A stretch of 64,000 nucleotides of DNA from the human T2T-CHM13v2.0 reference genome, Homo sapiens: assembly GCF_009914755.1 (NCBI RefSeq), contig NC_060929.1. One strand, given 5' to 3'. This document shows, one piece after another, positions 1-14,275 of this stretch. A model generated the notes under the pieces. That model was not told where the DNA came from. It worked only from the letters and a program-made list of their open reading frames with translations, and made no database searches. The position numbers were made by a program, and so were the translations under genes. Positions within the stretch are counted from its first letter, which is position 1; the number at the start of each line of letters is the position of its first letter.

Positions 1-1360
1 CGATCCTTTACACAGAGCAGACTTGTAACACTCTTTTTGTGGAATTTGCAAGTGGAGATTTCAGCCGCTTTGAAGTCAAAGGTAGAAAAGGAAATATCTT
101 CCTATAAAAACTAGACAGAATGATTCTCAGAAACTCCTTTGTGATGTGTGTGTTCAACTCACAGAGTTTAACCTTTCTTTTCATAGAGCAGTTAGGAATC
201 ACTCTGTTTGTAAAGTCTGCAAGTGGATATTCAGACCTCTTTGAGGCCTTCGTTGGAAACGGGTTTTTTTCATATAAGGCTAGACAGAAGAATTCCCAGT
301 AACTTCCTTGTGTTGTGTGTGTTCAACTCACAGAGTTGAACTTTCATTTACACAGAGCAGATTTGAAACACTCTTTTTGTGGAATTTGCAAATGGAGATT
401 TCAAGCGCTTTGAGGCCAAAGGCAGAAAAGGAAATATCTTCGTATAAAAACTAGACAGAATCATTCTCAGAAACTGCTCTGCGATGTGTGCGTTCAACTC
501 TCAGAGTTTAACTTTGCTTTTCATTCAGCAGTTTGGAAACACTCTGTTTGTAAAGTCTGCACGTGGATAATTTGACCACTTAGAGGCCTTCGTTGGAAAC
601 GGGTTTTTTTCATGTAAGGCTAGACAGAAGAATTCTCAGAATCTTCCTTGTGTTGTGTGTATTCAACTCACACAGTTGAACGATCCTTTACACAGAGCAG
701 ACTTGTAACACTCTTTTTGTGGAATTTGCAAGTGGAGATTTCAGCCGCTTTGAAGTCAAAGTAGAAAAGGAAATATCTTCCTATAAAAACTAGACAGAAT
801 GATTCTCAGAAACTCCTTTGTGATGTGTGCGTTCAACTCACAGAGTTTAACCTTTCTTTTCATAGAGCAGTTAGGAAACACTCTGTTTGTAAAGTCTCCA
901 AGTGGATATTCAGACCTCTTTGAGGCCTTCGTTGGAAACGGGTTTTTTTCATATAAGGCTAGACAGAAGAATTCCCAGTAACTTCCTTGTGTTGTGTGTG
1001 TTCAACTCACAGAGTTGAACTTTGATTTACACAGAGCAGATTTGAAACACTCTTTTTGTGGAATTTGCAAGTGGAGATTTCAAGCGCTTTGAGGCCAAAG
1101 GCAGAAAAGGAAATATCTTCGTATAAAAACTAGACAGAATCATTCTCAGAAACTGCTCTGCGATGTGTGCGTTCAACTCTCAGAGTTTAACTTTTCTTTT
1201 CATTCAGCAGTTTGGAAACACTCTGTTTGTAAAGTCTGCACGTGGATATTTTGACCACTTAGAGGCCTTCGTTGGAAACGGGTTTTTTTCCTGTAAGGCT
1301 AGACAGAAGAATTCCCAGTAACTTCCTTGTGTTGTGTACATTCAACTCACAGAGTTGAAC
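1..1360 (+). repeat. Partial HOR (A-B-A-B')
   Basis: Four dimers precede the first C-dimer landmark gttcccttag at 1361. Confidence 0.85.
248..264 (+). promoter_or_regulatory. CENP-B box, T-ending form CTTCGTTGGAAACGGGT; representative of the boxes in A, B and E dimers, one per 340 bp
   Basis: Retains the 9 core bases of the CENP-B motif nTTCGnnnnAnnCGGGn. The next copy starts at 588 and the period continues through the window. Confidence 0.95.
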
Positions 1361-3398
1361 GTTCCCTTAGACAGAGCAGATTTGAAACACTCTTTTTGTG
1401 CAATTGGCAAGTGGAGATTTCAAGCGCTTTAAGGTCAATGGCAGAAAAGGAAATATCTTCGTTTCAAAACTAGACAGAATCATTCCCACAAACTGCGTTG
1501 TGATGTGTTCGTTCATCTCACAGAGTTTAACCTTTCTTTTCGTAGAGCAGTTAGGAAACAGTCTGTTTGTAAATTCTGTAAGTGGATATTCTGACATCTT
1601 GTGGCCTTCGTTGGAAACGGGATTTCTTCATATTCTGCTAGACAGAAGAATTCTCAGAATCTTCCTTGTGTTGTGTGTATTCAACTCACACAGTTGAACG
1701 ATTGTTTACACAGAGCAGATTTGAAACACTCTTTCTGTGGAATTTGCAAGTGGAGATTTCAGCCGCTTTGAGGTCTATGGTAGAAAAGGAAATATCTTCG
1801 TATAAAAACTAGACAGAATGATTCTCAGAAACTTCTTTGTGATGTGTGCGTTCAACTCACAGAGTTTAACCTTTCTTTTCATGGAGCAGTTAGGAAACAC
1901 TCTGTTTGTAAACTCTGCAAGTGGATATTCAGACCTCTTTGAGGCCTTCGTTGGAAACGGGATTTCTTCATACTGTGTAGACAGAAGAATTCTCAGTAAC
2001 TTCCTTGTGTTGTGTGTATTCAACTCACAGAGTTGAACGATCCTTTACACAGAGCAGACTTGAAACACTCTTTTTGTGGAATTTGCATGTGGAGATTTCA
2101 GCCGCGTTGAGGTCAATGGTAGAAAAGGAAATATCTTCGTATAAAAACTAGACAGAATGATTCTCAGAAACTCCTTTGTGATGTGTGTGTTCAACTCACA
2201 GAGTTTAACATTTCTTTTCATAGAGCAGTTAGGAAACACTCTGTTTGTAAAGTCTGCAAGTGGATATTCAGACCTCTTTGAGGCCTTCGTTGGAAACGGG
2301 TTTTTTTCATATAAGGCTAGACAGAAGAATTCCCAGTAACTTCCTTGTGTTGTGTGTGTTCAACTCACAGAGTTGAACTTTCATTTACACAGAGCAGATT
2401 TGAAACACTCTTTTTGTGGAATTTGCAAGTGGAGATTTCAAGCGCTTTGAGGCCAAAGGCAGAAAAGGAAATATCTTCGTATAAAAACTAGACAGAATCA
2501 TTCTCAGAAACTGCTCTGCGATGTGTGCCTTCAACTCTCAGAGTTTAACTTTTCTTTTCATTCAGCAGTTTGGAAACACTCTGTTTGTAAAGTCTGCACG
2601 TGGATAATTTGACCACTTAGAGGCCTTCGTTGGAAACGGGTTTTTTTCATGTAAGGCTAGACAGAAGAATTCTCAGTAACTTCCTTGTGTTGTGTGTATT
2701 CAACTCACAGAGTTGAACGATCCTTTACACAGAGCAGACTTGTAACACTCTTTTTGTGGAATTTGCAAGTGGAGATTTCAGCCGCTTTGAAGTCAAAGGT
2801 AGAAAAGGAAATATCTTCCTATAAAAACTAGACAGAATGATTCTCAGAAACTCCTTTGTGATGTGTGCGTTCAACTCACAGAGTTTAACCTTTCTTTTCA
2901 TAGAGCAGTTAGGAAACACTCTGCTTGTAAAGTCTGCAAGTGGATATTCAGCCCTCTTTGAGGCCATCGTTGGAAACGGGTTTTTTTCATATAAGGCTAG
3001 ACAGAAGAATTCCCAGTAACTTCCTTGTGTTGTGTGTGTTCAACTCACAGAGTTGAACTTTGATTTACACAGAGCAGATTTGAAACACTCTTTTTGTGGA
3101 ATTTGCAAGTGGAGATTTCAAGCGCTTTGAGGCCAAAGGCAGAAAAGGAAATATCTTCGTATAAAAACTAGACAGAATCATTCTCAGAAACTGCTCTGTG
3201 ATGTGTGCGTTCAGCTCTCAGAGTTTAACTTTTCTTTTCATTCAGCAGTTTGGAAACACTCTGTTTGTAAAGTCTGCACGTGGATATTTTGACCACTTAG
3301 AGGCCTTCGTTGGAAACGGGTTTTTTTCCTGTAAGGCTAGACAGAAGAATTCCCAGTAACTTCCTTGTGTTGTGTACATTCAACTCACAGAGTTGAAC
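1361..3398 (+). repeat. 12-monomer HOR (C-D-E-B-A-B'), 2038 bp
   Basis: C landmarks at 1361 and 3399; 1-bp deletion in D near 1978. Confidence 0.9.
1606..1622 (+). promoter_or_regulatory. CENP-B box, canonical CTTCGTTGGAAACGGGA; representative of C and D dimers
   Basis: Exact match to YTTCGTTGGAARCGGGA, seen twice per HOR (C and D dimers). Confidence 0.95.
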
Positions 3399-5437
3399 GT
3401 TCCCTTAGACAGAGCAGATTTGAAACACTCTTTTTGTGCAATTGGCAAGTGGAGATTTCAAGCGCTTTGAGGTCAATGGCAGAAAAGGAAATATCTTCGT
3501 TTCAAAACTAGACAGAATCATTCCCACAAACTGCGTTGTGATGTGTTCGTTCATCTCACAGAGTTTAACCTTTCTTTTCGTAGAGCAGTTAGGAAACAGT
3601 CTGTTTGTAAATTCTGTAAGTGGATATTCTGACATCTTGTGGCCTTCGTTGGAAACGGGATTTCTTCATATTCTGCTAGACAGAAGAATTCTCAGAATCT
3701 TCCTTGTGTTGTGTGTATTCAACTCACACAGTTGAACGATTGTTTACACAGAGCAGATTTGAAACACTCTTTTTGTGGAATTTGCAAGTGGAGATTTCAG
3801 CCGCTTTGAGGTCAATGGTAGAAAAGGAAATATCTTCGTATAAAAACTAGACAGAATGATTCTCAGAAACTTCTTTGTGATGTGTGCGTTCAACTCACAG
3901 AGTTTAACCTTTCTTTTCATAGAGCAGTTATGAAACACTCTGTTTGTAAACTCTGCAAGTGGATATTCAGACCTCTTTGAGGCCTTCGTTGGAAACGGGA
4001 TTTCTTCATACTGTGCTAGACAGAAGAATTCTCAGTAACTTCCTTGTGTTGTGTGTATTCAACTCACAGAGTTGAACGATCCTTTACACAGAGCAGACTT
4101 GAAACGCTCTTTTTGTGGAATTTGCAAGTGGAGATTTCAGCCGCGTTAAGGTCAATGGTAGAAAAGGAAATATCTTCGTATAAAAACTAGACAGAATGAT
4201 TCTCAGAAACTCCTTTGTGATGTGTGTGTTCAACTCACAGAGTTTAACCTTTCTTTTCATAGAGCAGTTAGGAATCACTCTGTTTGTAAAGTCTGCAAGT
4301 GGATATTCAGACCTCTTTGAGGCCTTCGTTGGAAACGGGTTTTTTTCATATAAGGCTAGACAGAAGAATTCCCAGTAACTTCCTTGTGTTGTGTGTGTTC
4401 AACTCACAGAGTTGAACTTTCATTTACACAGAGCAGATTTGAAACACTCTTTTTGTGGAATTTGCAAATGGAGATTTCAAGCGCTTTGAGACCAAAGGCA
4501 GAAAAGGAAATATCTTCGTATAAAAACTAGACAGAATCATTCTCAGAAACTGCTCTGCGATGTGTGCGTTCAACTCTCAGAGTTTAACTTTGCTTTTCAT
4601 TCAGCAGTTTGGAAACACTCTGTTTGTAAAGTCTGCACGTGGATAATTTGACCACTTAGAGGCCTTCGTTGGAAACGGGTTTTTTTCATGTAAGGCTAGA
4701 CAGAAGAATTCTCAGTAACTTCCTTGTGTTGTGTGTATTCAACTCACAGAGTTGAACGATCCTTTACACAGAGCAGACTTGTAACACTCTTTTTGTGGAA
4801 TTTGCAAGTGGAGATTTCAGCCGCTTTGAAGTCAAAGGTAGAAAAGGAAATATCTTCCTATAAAAACTAGACAGAATGATTCTCAGAAACTCCTTTGTGA
4901 TGTGTGCGTTCAACTCACAGAGTTTAACCTTTCTTTTCATAGAGCAGTTAGGAAACACTCTGTTTGTAAAGTCTCCAAGTGGATATTCAGACCTCTTTGA
5001 GGCCTTCGTTGGAAACGGGTTTTTTTCATATAAGGCTAGACAGAAGAATTCCCAGTAACTTCCTTGTGTTGTGTGTGTTCAACTCACAGAGTTGAACTTT
5101 GATTTACACAGAGCAGATTTGAAACACTCTTTTTGTGGAATTTGCAAGTGGAGATTTCAAGCGCTTTGAGGCCAAAGGCAGAAAAGGAAATATCTTCGTA
5201 TAAAAACTAGACAGAATCATTCTCAGAAACTGCTCTGCGATGTGTGCGTTCAACTCTCAGAGTTTAACTTTTCTTTTCATTCAGCAGTTTGGAAACACTC
5301 TGTTTGTAAAGTCTGCACGTGGATATTTTGACCACTTAGAGGCCTTCGTTGGAAACGGGTTTTTTTCCTGTAAGGCTAGACAGAAGAATTCCCAGTAACT
5401 TCCTTGTGTTGTGTACATTCAACTCACAGAGTTGAAC
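3399..5437 (+). repeat. 12-monomer HOR, 2039 bp
   Basis: C landmarks at 3399 and 5438. Confidence 0.9.
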
Positions 5438-8400
5438 GTTCCCTTAGACAGAGCAGATTTAAAACACTCTTTTTGTGCAATTGGCAAGTGGAGATTTCAA
5501 GCGCTTTAAGGTCAATGGCAGAAAAGGAAATATCTTCGTTTCAAAACTAGACAGAATCATTCCCACAAACTGCGTTGTGATGTGTTCGTTCATCTCACAG
5601 AGTTTAACCTTTCTTTTCGTAGAGCAGTTAGGAAACAGTCTGTTTGTAAATTCTGTAAGTGGATATTCTGACATCTTGTGGCCTTCGTTGGAAACGGGAT
5701 TTCTTCATATTCTGCTAGACAGAAGAATTCTCAGAATCTTCCTTGTGTTGTGTGTATTCAACTCACACAGTTGAACGATTGTTTACACAGAGCAGATTTG
5801 AAACACTCTTTTTGTGGAATTTGCAAGTGGAGATTTCAGCCGCTTTGAGGTCAATGGTAGAAAAGGAAATATCTTCGTATAAAAACTAGACAGAATGATT
5901 CTCAGAAACTTCTTTGTGATGTGTGCGTTCAACTCACAGAGTTTAACCTTTCTTTTCATAGAGCAGTTATGAAACACTCTGTTTGTAAACTCTGCAAGTG
6001 GATATTCAGACCTCTTTGAGGCCTTCGTTGGAAACGGGATTTCTTCATACTGTGCTAGACAGAAGAATTCTCAGTAACTTCCTTGTGTTGTGTGTATTCA
6101 ACTCACAGAGTTGAACGATCCTTTACACAGAGCAGACTTGAAACACTCTTTTTGTGGAATTTGCAAGTGGAGATTTCAGCCGCGTTGAGGTCAATGGTAG
6201 AAAAGGAAATATCTTCGTATAAAAACTAGACAGAATGATTCTCAGAAACTCCTTTGTGATGTGTGTGTTCAACTCACAGAGTTTAACATTTCTTTTCATA
6301 GAGCAGTTAGGAAACACTCTGTTTGTAAAGTCTGCAAGTGGATATTCAGACCTCTTTGAGGCCTTCGTTGGAAACGGGTTTTTTTCATATAAGGCTAGAC
6401 AGAAGAATTCCCAGTAACTTCCTTGTGTTGTGTGTGTTCAACTCACAGAGTTGAACTTTCGTTTACACAGAGCAGATTTGAAACACTCTTTTTGTGGAAT
6501 TTGCAAATGGAGATTTCAAGCGCTTTGAGGCCAAAGGCAGAAAAGGAAATATCTTCGTATAAAAACTAGACAGAATCATTCTCAGAAACTGCTCTGCGAT
6601 GTGTGCGTTCAACTCTCAGAGTTTAACTTTTCTTTTCATTCAGCAGTTTGGAAACACTCTGTTTGTAAAGTCTGCACGTGGATAATTTGACCACTTAGAG
6701 GCCTTCGTTGGAAACGGGTTTTTTTCATGTAAGGCTAGACAGAAGAATTCTCAGTAACTTCCTTGTGTTGTGTGTATTCAACTCACACAGTTGAACGATC
6801 CTTTACACAGAGCAGACTTGTAACACTCTTTTTGTGGAATTTGCAAGTGGGGATTTCAGCCGCTTTGAAGTCAAAGGTAGAAAAGGAAATATCTTCCTAT
6901 AAAAACTAGACAGAATGATTCTCAGAAACTCCTTTGTGATGTGTGCTTTCAACTCACAGAGTTTAACCTTTCTTTTCATAGAGCAGTTAGGAAACACTCT
7001 GTTTGTAAAGTCTGCAAGTGGATATTCAGACCTCTTTGAGGCCTTCGTTGGAAACGGGTTTTTTTCATATAAGGCTAGACAGAAGAATTCCCAGTAACTT
7101 CCTTGTGTTGTGTGTGTTCAACTCACAGAGTTGAACTTTCATTTACACAGAGCAGATTTGAAACACTCTTTTTGTGGAATTTGCAAATGGAGATTTCAAG
7201 CGCTTTGAGGCCAAAGGCAGAAAAGGAAATATCTTCGTATAAAAACTAGACAGAATCATTCTCAGAAACTGCTCTGCGATGTGTGCGTTCAACTCTCAGA
7301 GTTTAACTTTGCTTTTCATTCAGCAGTTTGGAAACACTCTGTTTGTAAAGTCTGCACGTGGATAATTTGACCACTTAGAGGCCTTCGTTGGAAACGGGTT
7401 TTTTTCATGTAAGGCTAGACAGAAGAATTCTCAGTAACTTCCTTGTGTTGTGTGTATTCAACTCACACAGTTGAACGATCCTTTACACAGAGCAGACTTG
7501 TAACACTCTTTTTGTGGAATTTGCAAGTGGAGATTTCAGCCGCTTTGAAGTCAAAGGTAGAAAAGGAAATATCTTCCTATAAAAACTAGACAGAATGATT
7601 CTCAGAAACTCCTTTGTGATGTGTGCGTTCAACTCACAGAGTTTAACCTTTCTTTTCATAGAGCAGTTAGGAAACACTCTGTTTGTAAAGTCTCCAAGTG
7701 GATATTCAGACCTCTTTGAGGCCTTCGTTGGAAACGGGTTTTTTTCATATAAGGCTAGACAGAAGAATTCCCAGTAACTTCCTTGTGTTGTGTGTGTTCA
7801 ACTCACAGAGTTGAACTTTGATTTACACAGAGCAGATTTGAAACACTCTTTTTGTGGAATTTGCAAGTGGAGATTTCAAGCGCTTTGAGGCCAAAGGCAG
7901 AAAAGGAAATATCTTCGTATAAAAACTAGACAGAATCATTCTCAGAAACTGCTCTGCGATGTGTGCGTTCAACTCTCAGAGTTTAACTTTTCTTCTCATT
8001 CAGCAGTTTGGAAACACTCTGTTTGTAAAGTCTGCACGTGGATAATTTGACCACTTAGAGGCCTTCGTTGGAAACGGGTTTTTTTCATGTAAGGCTAGAC
8101 AGAAGAATTCTCAGTAACTTCCTTGTGTTGTGTGTATTCAACTCACAGAGTTGAACGATCCTTTACACAGAGCAGACTTGTAACACTCTTTTTGTGGAAT
8201 TTGCAAGTGGAGATTTCAGCCGCTTTGAAGTCAAAGGTAGAAAAGGAAATATCTTCCTATAAAAACTAGACAGAATGATTCTCAGAAACTCCTTTGTGAT
8301 GTGTGTGTTCAACTCACAGAGTTTAACCTTTCTTTTCATAGAGCCGTTAGGAATCACTCTGTTTGTAAAGTCTGCAAGTGGATATTCAGACCTCTTTGAG

Positions 8401-9516
8401 GCCTTCGTTGGAAACGGGTTTTTTTCATATAAGGCTAGACAGAAGAATTCCCAGTAACTTCCTTGTGTTGTGTGTGTTCAACTCACAGAGTTGAACTTTC
8501 ATTTACACAGAGCAGATTTGAAACACTCTTTTTGTGGAATTTGCAAATGGAGATTTCAAGCGCTTTGAGGCCAAAGGCAGAAAAGGAAATATCTTTGTAT
8601 AAAAACTAGACAGAATCATTCTCAGAAACTGCTCTGCGATGTGTGCGTTCAACTCTCAGAGTTTAACTTTGCTTTTCATTCAGCAGTTTGGAAACACTCT
8701 GTTTGTAAAGTCTGCACGTGGATAATTTGACCACTTAGAGGCCTTCGTTGGAAACGGGTTTTTTTCATGTAAGGCTAGACAGAAGAATTCTCAGTAACTT
8801 CCTTGTGTTGTGTGTATTCAACTCACACAGTTGAACGATCCTTTACACAGAGCAGACTTGTAACACTCTTTTTGTGGAATTTGAAAGTGGAGATTTCAGC
8901 CGCTTTGAAGTCAAAGGTAGAAAAGGAAATATCTTCCTATAAAAACTAGACAGAATGATTCTCAGAAACTCCTTTGAGATGTGTGCGTTCAACTCACAGA
9001 GTTTAACCTTTCTTTTCATAGAGCAGTTAGGAAACACTCTGTTTGTAAAGTCTCCAAGTGGATATTCAGACCTCTTTGAGGCCTTCGTTGGAAACGGGTT
9101 TTTTTCATATAAGGCTAGACAGAAGAATTCCCAGTAACTTCCTTGTGTTGTGTGTGTTCAACTCACAGAGTTGAACTTTGATTTACACAGAGCAGATTTG
9201 AAACACTCTTTTTGTGGAATTTGCAAGTGGAGATTTCAAGCGCTTTGAGGCCAAATGCAGAAAAGGAAATATCTTCGTATAAAAACTAGACAGAATCATT
9301 CTCAGAAACTGCTCTGCGATGTGTGCGTTCAACTCTCAGAGTTTAACTTTTCTTTTCATTCAGCAGTTTGGAAACACTCTGTTTGTAAAGTCTGCACGTG
9401 GATATTTTGACCACTTAGAGGCCTTCGTTGGAAACGGGTTTTTTTCCTGTAAGGCTAGACAGAAGAATTCCCAGTAACTTCCTTGTGTTGTGTACATTCA
9501 ACTCACAGAGTTGAAC
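5438..9516 (+). repeat. 24-monomer HOR variant (C-D-E-B-[A-B]x3-A-B'), 4079 bp
   Basis: C landmarks at 5438 and 9517; A dimers near 6803, 7483, 8163 and 8843. Confidence 0.88.
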
Positions 9517-12500
9517 GTTCCCTTAGACAGAGCAGATTTGAAACACTCTTTTTGTGCAATTGGCAAGTGGAGATTTCAAGCGCTTTAAGGTCAATGGCAG
9601 AAAAGGAAATATCTTCGTTTCAAAACTAGACAGAATCATTCCCACAAACTGCGTTGTGATGTGTTCGTTCATCTCACAGAGTTTAACCTTTCTTTTCATA
9701 GAGCAGTTAGGAAACAGTCTGTTTGTACATTCTGTAAGTGGATATCCTGACATCTTGTGGCCTTCGTTGGAAACGGGATTTCTTCATATTCTGCTAGACA
9801 GAAGAATTCTCAGAATCTTCCTTGTGTTGTGTGTATTCAACTCACACAGTTGAACGATTGTTTACACAGAGCAGATTTGAAACACTCTTTTTGTGGAATT
9901 TGCAAGTGGAGATTTCAGCCGCTTTGAGGTCAATGGTAGAAAAGGAAATATCTTCGTATAAAAACTAGACAGAATGATTCTCAGAAACTTCTTTGTGATG
10001 TGTGCGTTCAACTCACAGAGTTTAACCTTTCTTTTCATAGAGCAGTTATGAAACACTCTGTTTGTAAACTCTGCAAGTGGATATTCAGACCTCTTTGAGG
10101 CCTTCGTTGGAAACGGGATTTCTTCATACTGTGCTAGACAGAAGAATTCTCAGTAACTTCCTTGTGTTGTGTGTATTCAACTCACAGAGTTGAACGATCC
10201 TTTACACAGAGCAGACTTGAAACACTCTTTTTGTGGAATTTGCAAGTGGAGATTTCAGCCGCGTTGAGGTCAATGGTAGAAAAGGAAATATCTTCGTATA
10301 AAAACTAGACAGAATGATTCTCAGAAACTCCTTTGTGATGTGTGTGTTCAACTCACAGAGTTTAACATTTCTTTTCATAGAGCAGTTAGGAAACACTCTG
10401 TTTGTAAAGTCTGCAAGTGGATATTCAGACCTCTTTGAGGCCTTCGTTGGAAACGGGTTTTTTTCATATAAGGCTAGACAGAAGAATTCCCAGTAACTTC
10501 CTTGTGTTGTGTGTGTTCAACTCACAGAGTTGAACTTTCATTTACACAGAGCAGATTTGAAACACTCTTTTTGTGGAATTTGCAAATGGAGATTTCAAGC
10601 GCTTTGAGGCCAAAGGCAGAAAAGGAAATATCTTCGTATAAAAACTAGACAGAATCATTCTCAGAAACTGCTCTGCGATGTGTGCGTTCAACTCTCAGAG
10701 TTTAACTTTGCTTTTCATTCAGCAGTTTGGAAACACTCTGTTTGTAAAGTCTGCACGTGGATAATTTGACCACTTAGAGGCCTTCGTTGGAAACGGGTTT
10801 TTTTCATGTAAGGCTAGACAGAAGAATTCTCAGTAACTTCCTTGTGTTGTGTGTATTCAACTCACACAGTTGAACGATCCTTTACACAGAGCAGACTTGT
10901 AACACTCTTTTTGTGGAATTTGCAAGTGGAGATTTCAGCCGCTTTGAAGTCAAAGGTAGAAAAGGAAATATCTTCCTATAAAAACTAGACAGAATGATTC
11001 TCAGAAACTCCTTTGTGATGTGTGCTTTCAACTCACAGAGTTTAACCTTTCTTTTCATAGAGCAGTTAGGAAACACTCTGTTTGTAAAGTCTGCAAGTGG
11101 ATATTCAGACCTCTTTGAGGCCTTCGTTGGAAACGGGTTTTTTTCATATAAGGCTAGACAGAAGAATTCCCAGTAACTTTCTTGTGTTGTGTGTGTTCAA
11201 CTCACAGAGTTGAACTTTCATTTACACAGAGCAGATTTGAAACACTCTTTTTGTGGAATTTGCAAATGGAGATTTCAAGCGCTTTGAGGCCAAAGGCAGA
11301 AAAGGAAATATCTTCGTATAAAAACTAGACAGAATCATTCTCAGAAACTGCTCTGCGATGTGTGCGTTCAACTCTCAGAGTTTAACTTTGCTTTTCATTC
11401 AGCAGTTTGGAAACACTCTGTTTGTAAAGTCTGCACGTGGATAATTTGACCACTTAGAGGCCTTCGTTGGAAACGGGTTTTTTTCATGTAAGGCTAGACA
11501 GAAGAATTCTCAGTAACTTCCTTGTGTTGTGTGTATTCAACTCACACAGTTGAACGATCCTTTACACAGAGCAGACTTGTAACACTCTTTTTGTGGAATT
11601 TGCAAGTGGAGATTTCAGCCGCTTTGAAGTCAAAGGTAGAAAAGGAAATATCTTCCTATAAAAACTAGACAGAATGATTCTCAGAAACTCCTTTGTGATG
11701 TGTGCTTTCAACTCACAGAGTTTAACCTTTCTTTTCATAGAGCAGTTAGGAAACACTCTGTTTGTAAAGTCTCCAAGTGGATATTCAGACCTCTTTGAGG
11801 CCTTCGTTGGAAACGGGTTTTTTTCATATAAGGCTAGACAGAAGAATTCCCAGTAACTTCCTTGTGTTGTGTGTGTTCAACTCACAGAGTTGAACTTTCA
11901 TTTACACAGAGCAGATTTGAAACACTCTTTTTGTGGAATTTGCAAATGGAGATTTCAAGCGCTTTGAGGCCAAAGGCAGGAAAGGAAATATCTTCGTATA
12001 AAAACTAGACAGAATCATTCTCAGAAACTGCTCTGCGATGTGTGCGTTCAACTCTCAGAGTTTAACTTTGCTTTTCATTCAGCAGTTTGGAAACACTCTG
12101 TTTGTAAAGTCTGCACGTGGATAATTTGACCACTTAGAGGCCTTCGTTGGAAACGGGTTTTTTTCATGTAAGGCTAGACAGAAGAATTCTCAGTAACTTC
12201 CTTGTGTTGTGTGTATTCAACTCACACAGTTGAACGATCCTTTACACAGAGCAGACTTGTAACACTCTTTTTGTGGAATTTGCAAGTGGAGATTTCAGCC
12301 GCTTTGAAGTCAAAGGTAGAAAAGGAAATATCTTCCTATAAAAACTAGACAGAATGATTCTCAGAAACTCCTTTGTGATGTGTGCGTTCAACTCACAGAG
12401 TTTAACCTTTCTTTTCATAGAGCAGTTAGGAAACACTCTGTTTGTAAAGTCTCCAAGTGGATATTCAGACCTCTTTGAGGCCTTCGTTGGAAACGGGTTT

Positions 12501-14275
12501 TTTTCATATAAGGCTAGACAGAAGAATTCCCAGTAACTTCCTTGTGTTGTGTGTGTTCAACTCACAGAGTTGAACTTTGATTTACACAGAGCAGATTTGA
12601 AACACTCTTTTTGTGGAATTTGCAAGTGGAGATTTCAAGCGCTTTGAGGCCAAAGGCAGAAAAGGAAATATCTTCGTATAAAAACTAGACAGAATCATTC
12701 TCAGAAACTGCTCTGCGATGTGTGCGTTCAACTCTCAGAGTTTAACTTTTCTTCTCATTCAGCAGTTTGGAAACACTCTGTTTGTAAAGTCTGCACGTGG
12801 ATAATTTGACCACTTAGAGGCCTTCGTTGGAAACGGGTTTTTTTCATGTAAGGCTAGACAGAAGAATTCTCAGTAACTTCCTTGTGTTGTGTGTATTCAA
12901 CTCACAGAGTTGAACGATCCTTTACACAGAGCAGACTTGTAACACTCTTTTTGTGGAATTTGCAAGTGGAGATTTCAGCCGCTTTGAAGTCAAAGGTAGA
13001 AAAGGAAATATCTTCCTATAAAAACTAGACAGAATGATTCTCAGAAACTCCTTTGTGATGTGTGTGTTCAACTCACAGAGTTTAACCTTTCTTTTCATAG
13101 AACAGTTAGGAATCACTCTGTTTGTAAAGTCTGCAAGTGGATATTCAGACCTCTTTGAGGCCTTCGTTGGAAACGGGTTTTTTTCATATAAGGCTAGACA
13201 GAAGAATTCCCAGTAACTTCCTTGTGTTGTGTGTGTTCAACTCACAGAGTTGAACTTTCATTTACACAGAGCAGATTTGAAACACTCTTTTTGTGGAATT
13301 TGCAAATGGAGATTTCAAGCGCTTTGAGGCCAAAGGCAGAAAAGGAAATATCTTTGTATAAAAACTAGACAGAATCATTCTCAGAAACTGCTCTGCGATG
13401 TGTGCGTTCAACTCTCAGAGTTTAACTTTGCTTTTCATTCAGCAGTTTTGAAACACTCTGTTTGTAAAGTCTGCACGTGGATAATTTGACCACTTAGAGG
13501 CCTTCGTTGGAAACGGGTTTTTTTCATGTAAGGCTAGACAGAAGAATTCTCAGTAACTTCCTTGTGTTGTGTGTATTCAACTCACACAGTTGAACGATCC
13601 TTTACACAGAGCAGACTTGTAACACTCTTTTTGTGGAATTTGCAAGTGGAGATTTCAGCCGCTTTGAAGTCAAAGGTAGAAAAGGAAATATCTTCCTATA
13701 AAAACTAGACAGAATGATTCTCAGAAACTCCTTTGTGATGTGTGCGTTCAACTCACAGAGTTTAACCTTTCTTTTCATAGAGCAGTTAGGAAACACTCTG
13801 TTTGTAAAGTCTCCAAGTGGATATTCAGACCTCTTTGAGGCCTTCGTTGGAAACGGGTTTTTTTCATATAAGGCTAGACAGAAGAATTCCCAGTAACTTC
13901 CTTGTGTTGTGTGTGTTCAACTCACAGAGTTGAACTTTGATTTACACAGAGCAGATTTGAAACACTCTTTTTGTGGAATTTGCAAGTGGAGATTTCAAGC
14001 GCTTTGAGGCCAAAGGCAGAAAAGGAAATATCTTCGTATAAAAACTAGACAGAATCATTCTCAGAAACTGCTCTGCGATGTGTGCGTTCAACTCTCAGAG
14101 TTTAACTTTTCTTTTCATTCAGCAGTTTGGAAACACTCTGTTTGTAAAGTCTGCACGTGGATATTTTGACCACTTAGAGGCCTTCGTTGGAAACGGGTTT
14201 TTTTCCTGTAAGGCTAGACAGAAGAATTCCCAGTAACTTCCTTGTGTTGTGTACATTCAACTCACAGAGTTGAAC
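9517..14275 (+). repeat. 28-monomer HOR variant, 4759 bp
   Basis: C landmarks at 9517 and 14276; five A dimers spaced 680 bp apart. Confidence 0.88.

Noticed and set aside
1775-1791. CTATGGTAGAAAAGGAA, close to the pJ-alpha motif of A-type monomers
   Set aside because: It is a single substitution in one copy at the expected A-box position, with no evidence of significance.
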